A stretch of DNA of 64,000 nt from Camelus dromedarius. Lineage: Eukaryota. Of this stretch, positions 54,660 to 64,000 are shown piece by piece (positions within the stretch are counted from its first letter, which is position 1; each line of letters starts with the position of its first letter). Position numbers and translations under genes: made by a program. The DNA is taken from assembly GCF_036321535.1 (NCBI RefSeq), contig NC_087436.1:5270001-5334000 (forward strand). Direction: 5' to 3'. Under the pieces are notes generated by a model that was not told where the DNA came from, ran no database searches, and was given only the letters and a program-made list of their open reading frames with translations.

Positions 54660-54834
54660 TGTTTTTTAGGGTCTTTTTTAAAAACTTTTTTGTTTGTTTA
54701 GGGGGAAGGCAATTAGGTTTGTTTGTTTATTTACGTATTTATCTATTTATTTTTAATGGAGGTACTGGGGATTGAACCCAGGACCTTGTGCATGCTAGGC
54801 ATGCAATCTACTACTGACCGACTACTACTCCCCC
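54660..54834 (-). mobile_element. Vic-1-type SINE
   Basis: GGAGGTACTGGGGATTGAACCCAGGACCTTGTGCATGCTAGGC with T-rich tail. Confidence 0.88.
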
Positions 54835-57800
54835 ACATCAACCTTTTTTTTTTTTTTAACAACTTTTTAACCCACCCACCAGTGGGTATCCATCTCATGT
54901 GATGCCTTCGAGGTGAGTGTTGGCTGATGTGAGCGCAAGAAAGGCACCATGGACATGGTAAGGTGTTAATTTTGTATTCCTGGTCTACCCCTGGTCCTGA
55001 ATCTCTCCCTGCTGCCTGCAGTTACCACCCACTAAGCCTGGAAGAGTAGATTTTTCTGGAGACAGATGTGAATTAGGGGAAGTCTGACTTTCTCTTTGAC
55101 CTCCTTTAATATATTTTTTTCAAAACCTTCTCAAAGTAGTCCACGCTAAGCTCTTTGCTATTCCAGTGTCTTCAGGATCCGCCACTGGGTTACAGAAGTC
55201 TTAATGTGGCTTCTTAACTTTCTTTTCGATAAGGGTATGGAAGTCTTGGATGACCTGGGACTTCTTTCTCTCCCTCTCAGTATCTTAAAGAAAACCCAAG
55301 TAGCTGCTTATCTAAATGATTATTTTCTAAACTGTTGTTTCTATGCACTGAAAAATTAATTAACAACATCATCCTATCTGATGGAGCCCTTCGGACTTCT
55401 GCTTTTGCTAAGAGTATCTACCTAAATCCAAGCACAAGGTCCCCTGGGTCTCTCGGCAACACCACTCACACACCGACCTGGGGGGAAGGTGAATGGGCTC
55501 CACCTCTTCCAGGTCACTTAGAATTGACCCACCCTGACTTCTAGCAGGAGAAGTAAAGGCGTAGATTCCATTGTAGGTCCCTATGGACCTTTCTCCTCTT
55601 TAAGGTCATGTCCTGTCTGGAGATCTGCCTCCAAGAAGGAAGTTAAGCAAGATCAGGAGGAAACCCGAGGGAAGGCAAACCCAGCAACTTGGTTTTACGT
55701 TCAAATACATTTAGATTCCACGACGCCACATTTACTTGCTTTATATTAATGAGATAAAATCAGCTGAAATAATGTATATTTAACATCTGTGAAATTTGAA
55801 GGACTCTCTATCCTGAGTTTTCCCCTTTTCCTTGTAACAGAAATAAGTCAGGAAAACAAGGACAGTGATAATTCTTTAAAGTGCATATACATTTAGGGAA
55901 ACATGCGTACACCATGCTGCATTTTTATTGGGTGTTAAGTATTTGTTTCTGAGGCTGATTTAAATACATACAGATATCTTTATGGACGTAATTGTTAATA
56001 TCAGAGACCTGTCATCAACAGAAAGAAAATTGCGTTTGTATTTAGAAAATGACTTTCGCAGATGGCTTGGTTACGTCTGCCGCAGCGGTGTAAGCTGTAT
56101 ATAGTATCTACTTCAGTCAATTTAAAAGTTCCAGTTCTCTCCAAAAATGAGAGAAAGAACCTACCAACCCTGAAAAAATCATGCTGAGTTTGACAAGCAC
56201 GTTCACATAGCCGTTGGAGGTTAAGGAGACACTTACCTGATGCAAATCTCAAATGCAAGCCAGCCAAGGCTTAGCAGACAGGGACCCCAAATTCTCCGCA
56301 GAGAATGTGGAAGTCACTTTACACGCGTACTTGTATGAAATGGCTACCTGGCTGTCATGAGACACACTAAGTCACCTAACACATTCTACAAAAGCAGAAT
56401 CTTACTGATGCTTTCTTACAAAAAAAAAAAAAAAAATGATGGCCCATCTGTAGCTCTCAACTTTCTGGGAGTTCAGGCTTGGCTTAGGCAGACCTCTCAC
56501 AAAAAGAACCCGTCCAGTCCCTGGAGATGCATTATAAATAAACCTTTAGATGAAAGACACTTTCAGTGTTACTGGCACTGTTGCTTCGGGAGAGACCGCA
56601 ATCATAATATTTCTTCTGCTAGACATTTCAGGATGGGTGACCTAACCCAAGCAGAAACAGAACAGGAGGGGCAAAAGGACTCAGCCTGCACGTGTGTGCA
56701 TCTGCGCGCACACACTCGCACGCACACACACACGCTTACACAAACATTTAATCTCCAAATATTTTACCAACTGTTCTGCTCCACAAAGGGACGGTATACG
56801 TGTGCCTATGTTGTCTCCTCTCTTCCATTTCAACAGCGTCCAGTGAAACCCTGCATTACCCACACATCCTCAAACAAACCACGGGCATTACTTTTAAGAA
56901 TCAGAGGCACAGAAGTGCAAGTCTCGGGATTCTCTAGACAGCAACAATTAATTAATTAAAGTGAGTTTAATCAGGCTTATTAGACTATTTGAGAAGCCTT
57001 TCAAAGCAGCCTGTGTGGCTTTATGACTTGAAATTTCTAACTGTAAATACGAATGTCATATAAAAAACATAAGTTTTCATGGCTAATTTGAGGGACGCAC
57101 TCCCTACCGCCAAATTGGTTCCCACTGCATTTTGTGTAATGAGATTGAGGCGTCCAGCAGTTCTTACTCTCAGCTCCCAATATAGTAACAAAATAATTTT
57201 GGCAATTCTCTTAGTATCCCAGCGCACTTAGAGGAATATTTACTCTTATGCTACATTTTATCTCCTGGGTTGATAATTAGCACCTAGAATTCTTACGAAA
57301 TCATTAAAACTGTGCATTGCAAAAGCCGAGCTCCAGCCAATTTGCTACCAGGAAATAAGGCTGGGAAGAGGCAGACGTGAGACAGGGTCTCAGTTGGGGA
57401 GAAGAATCCGGGGAGGTTCCATCAGAGCAAGAGAACCTGGAAGCCAGGTCTCTTAACTAAAATAACTCTTTTTTGTTTTGAATATTCACCTATGAAAAGG
57501 CATTGTACTTGGATATTTTTCCTTCCAGATTAGACTTCTTTACTTATTTTTTATCACCCCTCCCCACCCAAGATAGACACACTGGTAGTCTTTATGTTTG
57601 GAACATATTCTGGAATTTTTAGAGCTTGAAGTGTCTTCAATCAATGGCCCATTCCTGGGATTTTATATCCATTTTTCCTTTTTCTCTATTTTGATAGCTC
57701 ACCTCAGGAAAGTCTGTTTCTTACTGAATTCCTAACTAAATGTACATTTCCTTCTGACTGATTATTTATAGACTAGCCCCATGGCCTGTGAGTCAATCCA

Positions 57801-57854
57801 GTAAGGCCAATCGGGTTCCTTGTGATTCTCAAACAGCACAAATAAGGCCATTTC

Positions 57855-58407
57855 TGGAAATTAAGCCACTGTCAGTTGAAACATTTGCAAATATTTTCTC
57901 CTATTCCACAGGTTGTCTTTTTGTTTTGCTTATAGTTTCCTTTGCTGTGCAAAAGCTTAAGTTTAATTAGGTTCCATTTGTTTATGTTAGGAAACTCTAA
58001 TTTGAAAAGATACGTGCACCCCAATGTTCACGGCAGCACTATTTACAATAGCCAAGACATGAAAGCACCCTAAGGTCCATCCACAGGTGGCTGGCGAAAG
58101 ATGTGGTATATTTATACAATGGAACAATATTCAGTCATAAAAAAAGAATAAAATAATGCCATTTGCAGCAGCATGAATGGACCTAGAGATGAGTGAAGTA
58201 AGCCAGAAAGACAAAAAAAAATTCCATAGGATACCACTTACATGTGGAATCTAAAAAGTGAGACAAATGAGCTTATTTACGAAACAGACTCACAGACATA
58301 GAAAACAAACTTGTGGTTAACAGGTGGGAAGGAAGGCAGGTGGAGGGATAAATTGGGAGTTTGGGATTTATAAATGCTGTATATAAAATAGATAAACATC
58401 AATTAAA
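57855..58407 (+). mobile_element. L1 with 5' inversion and 3' UTR deletion
   Basis: Antisense ORF2 (~57855-57985) then sense ORF2 end and 3' UTR; TSD AAGGCCATTTC (57844-57854, 58408-58418). Confidence 0.88.
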
Positions 58408-58879
58408 AAGGCCATTTCCAAGATCCTAGAACAGAAATGACAAAGATAATACTATAATAATAAAATCTTATCTTTTGATGTAAGTATATTTGGGGGAGGC
58501 ATTTTTTAGAGATGTCACTTATCTATCAGTAAAATGTCAATGTTCTCTAAACTATCTTTCAATGAGCAGTGTGCTCACAGTTAAAAAAAGATTAACTGCT
58601 GCTCCATCCTTAATGATCATTCCCACAAGACTTGTTCCAATTGAAACACTTTTTTAACTCTCCTGGAAAAAAAGTACTTTTTACTTTTCAGCAGCTTAGA
58701 TGAAATATTGTGAGTTAATATTTGGCAGGCACATTCTCGTTAATACCCCAACTGTCATCCTACACTCAGTACACTCTGTTAACAGAATCTGGATTTTTTT
58801 TTTTCCTTCCTTCGCAAAGTGGCCAGGTCCTTTGGGGGAGGGTGACCACCTCCCCAGCCCAGTGGTGAATCGTAAATGA

Positions 58880-59240
58880 ACTCGCACAGTTCATGGTGGT
58901 CTCCTTGCCCTGTGGCCAGCGACTGTTTTAGACAGGGTCCTGAGACCAAGTTCTGGCCGAGGAAGGAAAAGCCGCACTTAAAAAAGAGATAGCTGTGCAG
59001 AAGCTTCCTTTTTCTGTGTCTGGACACAGCTGTGTGAGGAGGTGATACTGGACTATGCCTGAGGTCTAAAGTCTACAGACTGAGGATGATAAGAAAAAAA
59101 AAAAAATGGTCAAGGAGCCTGGTGGTGATGCCTCTGAGCCCTGGAGTTAAGAAAGCCTAAACTTGCCTGAACTCGAGATTTCTTGTTACATGAGACAATA
59201 AACTTAACATTCAAGCTCTGTTCCTGCAGCTCTTAGCACC
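58880..59240 (+). mobile_element. MaLR (MLT1-like) LTR remnant
   Basis: GAGCCTGG...GATTTCTTGTTACATGAGACAATAAAC. Confidence 0.5.
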
Positions 59241-59337
59241 TGATTTGGATGACACCATATTAGAAATTGCATCTGGATAGATACATAATGTGCATCCTAA
59301 AAAAAAGCCATGTGACCGACTGTTAAGAAACGTCTTT

Positions 59338-59552
59338 CATCGCAGGTTGCTAAAAGATACTGAATAGAGTTCCCTGTGCTGTACAGTGTAACCCTGTTCT
59401 TTATTTGATATATAGTGGTCAGTATCTGCAAATCTCGAACTCTCAATTTATCCCTTCCCACCTCCTTCCCCCTCTGGTAACCACAAGCTTGTTCCATGCT
59501 GGACACCAGAAACCGACACAACATTGTAACTGACTATACTTCAATTAAAAAA
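59338..59552 (+). mobile_element. Very short L1 with 5' inversion
   Basis: Antisense 3' UTR (~59338-59494) plus sense tip and poly(A); TSD AAGAAACGTCTTT (59325-59337, 59553-59565). Confidence 0.88.
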
Positions 59553-59712
59553 AAGAAACGTCTTTTTGCATTCAAACACCCTTTAGATGTCACATTCGTT
59601 AGAATTTGAGGAAGATCATCGTAAGTTTCACAGCATCCCGATTTAGTGGAGGTGTGAAAATCTGACTTGGGAATGAATTTACACCAGTTATTTATTTAAA
59701 AGTCTAACTGGT

Positions 59713-59853
59713 GGTGGGTAGAGCTCATGCCTAGCATGCATGAGGTCCTGGTTCCATCCCCAGCACCTCCATTAAAAAAAAAGGAAATAAGTAAATAAAA
59801 ACCTAATTACGCCCCTCCCCCACAAAAAACAGATAAAACTTAAAAAAAAAAAA
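59713..59853 (+). mobile_element. Vic-1-type SINE (degenerate head)
   Basis: TAGCATGCATGAGGTCCTGG...AACCTAATTAC; TSD AAAGTCT(A/T)ACTGGT. Confidence 0.85.
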
Positions 59854-61067
59854 AGTCTTACTGGTAAATTGTTAGCAAGCCTTCCTCTAGCTCCGCTGCG
59901 TAGTAACAAGCCAGGCAGGGAACTCACTGCACTGACCACTTCACTGCTGCTGTCTGCTCTGCCTTGTGACATTCTCACTTCTTTTTCAGGAACAGGAACA
60001 GAGGGTGTGAGTTATCCTTAAACAGGAGCATGAATATTCTGCCTCAAGTCATGTATTTTAGTCAAACTCTTCCTGAGTCATGGGTGAACTGACAGCATCA
60101 CAGAAGTAATAATATCTTTTTAAAAAAGAAATCAATCCATTTTTAAAGACAGTTTCGGAGTCCGTGTTGGTCTCGGACCCGGAGGAGAGGCGAGGTCAAG
60201 CTGGAGATGACTCCCTGCCGCAGAGCAGAAGCAGAAGCTGGCACACACAGTTCCAAGAGCGTTCTCTCAGGAACCTCCCTGAAAACGGAGCACTTGCCTT
60301 CATCTCTTCTTGATAAATATCCACAGGGAATTAAAGCCTGGTTATCATGTGTGTGTCCCATGGGTCATCACAACGTCCAACCCGGGAGGGACCATGGGTA
60401 GGGAGAGTCAGGTGATGGAAAGCAACCCCCTGCTCGTAGCCCCAGGTGTAGACTGTCCCCTTTGCTTGGATTTCTCACAACCATCATATTCATCCTGGTA
60501 TTTAAATAACGTGAAGAAAAAAAAAAAACCCTCACCACTGTGACGCGTCATTTAAGGCTGTAATTATCCAGCCACCAACAGCGACTTAGAACTCAACTTT
60601 GTGCAGGTGTTTATACCATTTGCATAGTTATAACATAATCAGTTCAAGGGAGCCCGTAAAGAAACCAGGTCTTTACGGATCATAAATTCAGATGCAAAAC
60701 TCGGTTTGAGATCAAAAGATTCCCTAAAAAGCACCCACCCCCACCACGTGACACTGCTCCCCCTTCTCAGGCCGTCACCCAGAGCCTGTCCTCAGACGTC
60801 CCTTCCTGCACATTCTGCCTAATGTTTTCATCGACTTACTTCACCCGCTGCTTTGATTTCTGCTCAAAACACTCGGCCTTGCTCCTTCTTTTGTTCATCT
60901 GCAGTTCACATCATCCTTGCTTAGTGTTTAATCCATTTTCCCTCCAGGGTCCCCCCCACAACAGCGTATATTTACTGCCTGCCAATTTTGCATCCTTTAC
61001 CAACTGGTGGCTGAGGCTCCAGCAGCTCCCTGCACTCAGTATTCACAGTGGTTTGGAAAAAGATGTT

Positions 61068-61580
61068 TTAGATTTCACATATAAGTGATATCATATAGAT
61101 TTTGTCTTTCTCTATCTGACTTATTTCACTAACATAAGATTCTCGAAGTCTATCCGCATTACTGCAAATGGCAGGATTTCATTCTTTGTTATGGCTGAGT
61201 AGTATTCCATCGTATAAATACACCACATCTGCTCTACCCAGTCATCTGTCAATGGACATTTAGGCTGTTTCCATGTCTTGGCTATTGCATACAGTGCTGC
61301 TGTGAACATTAGGGTGCATGTGTCTTTATGAATTGGTGTTTTCATTTTTCCCAGATATACACCCAGGAGTGGGATTGCTGGATCACATGGTCATTCTATT
61401 TTTAGTTTTTGAGGAATCTCCATACTGTTTTCCACAGTGGCTGCACCAACTTACATTCCCACTAACGGTGTAGGGGTTCCCTTTCCCCCACATCCGCACA
61501 AACGCTTGTTACCTGTAGACTTTTTGATGATCACCATTCTAACAGGTGTGAGGTTAGTCTTCATTGTGGTTTTGCTTTGC
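61068..61580 (-). mobile_element. L1 ORF2 C-terminal fragment
   Basis: ORF track KDTCTLMFTAALYAIAKTWKQPKCP...MEYYSAI is the L1 ORF2p C-terminus. Confidence 0.9.
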
Positions 61581-62637
61581 ACGTATCCTTAACATACTCA
61601 ACGTTAAGGCTTTCTCCTCCCGCTGCTCCCACGTGGACCCCTTTTGTTGGTTTACTTGTGGTTGTCACTAACCTGCGGTCTTGCTCATGCAAGATCTCTG
61701 GGCTCTCTTCACTCAGTTTATAACAGAGTAAACTGATGCTCAATAAATGTGTTGAATAAAAAGCTAATGTTTAAAAAAAAACTTAGTAAGCTGTACAATG
61801 TTTCGTGTAAATATTGCTATGGCCACATAGTAGCAAACACAAATTTAAAGAATAACTTTTACAAACATAATTCTCCCTAAATGTGTCATTTCAACATTTA
61901 CATTTTTCTGCTGCCCATCACACACGTCATTTGGTAACACAGACACACACATATTACATTTTCACTGAGGACGGCGAGGCTGTGGACATTAACCTCACAG
62001 TCTGATGACATCCACCCTCAGACAGGAATAGTGACTTCCACCCGGCCGGCCACCAAAGACAAACTGAAATGACCTCAGATTAGCCTTGCCGCAAACTTTT
62101 ATAGTGTTGAGTTAACTAAGTTAATCACAGACTCAGGCAAACAATATAAACCTTTCCCCCTTTCTTAGCATGCATGCTAAGATGTCGCGGTGACTGAAGG
62201 TAGCAGGTTTTCCGGCTGAATGAGTCAGCAATCATTTATACCAAAAGGGAGAGCTTTCGTGAAAAGTCTGATCATTTCCCACTAAAAGTGAATTTTCTAT
62301 CAGCATCAATATGGGAAGGCCTTTCATAACTGAAAAACCTGAACACAAACACAAACAGTGCTTTTGTTCTAAAGGCCATCACCGAGATGAACAGAGTTCT
62401 GTTTCACCCAGACATGATGGATGTCTGCCAACCGGCATGTACCGAGCCCTGCTGTGTGGGTTTAAAAGTCTTGCAGAAGCTCTGAACACAGCCAAAACCA
62501 GGCTCAGGGCTAGCTCGACCAGCTATATAATCTGGAACCATTCAAATCCTGACCTTGGAGCTCCTTATCTATAAAATAATACATTTTATTATTATTAAAT
62601 AATATCTACCTCATAAGACAAATGAAAAAAGATATGA

Positions 62638-62777
62638 GGGGGGAGGGTGGAGCTCAGTGGTAAAGCCCTTGCTCAGCAGGCATGAGGTCCTGGGTTCAGT
62701 CCCTAGTCCTGCCATTAGAGAAGTAAATAAGTAAATGCACTTCCCTCCCTCCCTCCACTCCCCCCAAAAAGATAGAA
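62638..62777 (+). mobile_element. Vic-1-type SINE
   Basis: GGGGAGGGTGGAGCTCAGTGGTAAAG...GAGGTCCTGGGTTCAGTCCC. Confidence 0.85.
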
Positions 62778-63235
62778 AGCACCAGTAAATGCCAGGACCA
62801 CGGAGACACCAACAGTGGTAGATACTGTACAATAATGATGGTCAGTGTCTTCAGGTAGATTACACTCCAGCTGAGGTGTCATCAACAAAAGTGACCTGTG
62901 CTCCTCAACTCAGCTTTGAGGCCCTGCTAGCGACTAAAATGCACCCCATGAAAAGCAGAATTAATGGTCTCCTCCCCAGAAACAGTTCTCAGACAGGGTC
63001 TATTTTTTTTTTATTTTGTTGTTGTGAGTTTTTAATTCCTTTTTAATTATCTCTGAGGACACCAACGTTTTTCCTACCATGACTCTCAAACAAAAATGAA
63101 AGGTAATCCTCACAGAATACCGTCCTGACAGTGGATACCTGGTAGACTGGGCATCCAAAGCAGGAGATGAAGATCCTGAGAGATTATTATGAGGGAAGTT
63201 GGAGAAAACTATAAAAATGCAATGAATTAAAATAT

Positions 63236-63395
63236 GGGGGGAGGGAATAATTGGGAGCTTGGGATTGGCAGATACAAATTATTATATAGAATAGATAAAC
63301 AACAAGGTCCTACAGTAGAGCACAGGGAACTATATTCAACACCTTGTAATAGCCTATAATGGAAAAGGATCTGAAAAGGAATATATATATATTGT
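63236..63395 (+). mobile_element. Young L1 3' UTR fragment
   Basis: AGATAAACAACAAGGTCCTACAGTAGAGCACAGGGAACTATATTCAA. Confidence 0.82.
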
Positions 63396-63399
63396 ATAA

Positions 63400-63812
63400 A
63401 CATGCCACAGCTTCTTTATCCAGTCACCTGTTGATGGACATTTAGGTTGTTTCCATGTCTTGACTATTGTAAATAGTGCTGCTGTGAACAATGGGGTGTA
63501 TGTATCTTTTTGAATTAGAGTTTCCTCTGAATATATGCCCAGGATGGGGATTGCTAGATCATAGGGTAAGTCTATGCTTAATTTTTTTAAGGAATCTCCA
63601 TACTATTTTCCATAGTGGCTGCACCAAATTACATTCCCAGCAGCAGTGTAGGAGGGTTCCCTTTACTTCACACCCTCTCCAGCATTTATCTTTTGTGTAC
63701 TTTTGAATGATGGCCATTCTGACCAATGTGAGGTGATACCTCATTGTAGTTTTGATTTGCATTTCTCTCATAATTAGTAATACTGAGCACCTTTTCATGT
63801 GTCTGCTGGTCA
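63400..63812 (-). mobile_element. L1 ORF2 C-terminal (Cys-rich) fragment
   Basis: RHMKRCS...REMQIKTTMRYHLT...CWRGC...[18 protein letters not shown] matches L1 ORF2p. Confidence 0.92.
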
Positions 63813-64000
63813 ATCAGATGAGTTTTAAAAGCACTTCATAACATCCTTCCTCAATATTTTGTATTGCAATACTGTTCATTAAATAACAGACTAACAGCAT
63901 TTGCCACAATTCTTTTAAAACACTGTGAGTCAATGACAGAATTTTAGTGGAAAAACAAAGGATAAGGTAAGAAGAGTGTCTGGTTTTCTGAATGTGAGAC

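Larger units (their letters stand above)
25018..64000 (-). other. PDGFC: PDGFC intron 1 (partial; exon 1 and promoter outside window)
   Basis: Ends at the exon 2 AG acceptor; no signal-peptide exon or large CpG island in the window. Confidence 0.8.

Noticed and set aside
56357..56959. 200-aa ORF, the longest in the window
   Set aside because: Runs through poly(A) and CA repeats, has no recognisable domain and is antisense within an intron.
63559..63813. Functional reverse transcriptase gene
   Set aside because: Only a short L1 ORF2 C-terminal fragment; no intact L1 is present in the window.

Overview
Mammalian genomic DNA, almost certainly camelid (alpaca/camel), judged from nine Vic-1-type tRNA-derived SINEs. 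The whole window appears to lie inside the PDGFC gene on the minus strand. The only clear coding exon is the 196-bp exon 2 (24822-25017, start of the CUB domain); intron 1 lies to its right and intron 2 to its left. The rest is transposable elements (young and ancient L1, Vic-1 SINEs, MIR, L2, MaLR, three solo LTRs of one ERV1-like family) and simple repeats. I see no prokaryotic system, CRISPR array or new protein-coding gene. The most interesting observations: (1) a 10-copy 48-bp minisatellite amplified from 16 codons of a fossil L1 ORF1, now a phased array of ten STAT (GAS) motifs; (2) a 61-nt stop-containing candidate cassette exon in intron 1, together with an in-frame strong-Kozak ATG in exon 2; (3) three independent, same-orientation solo LTRs within 12 kb; (4) several 5'-inverted L1 insertions. 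Repeat family names come from recalled consensus similarity, and repeat boundaries are approximate unless TSDs are quoted.
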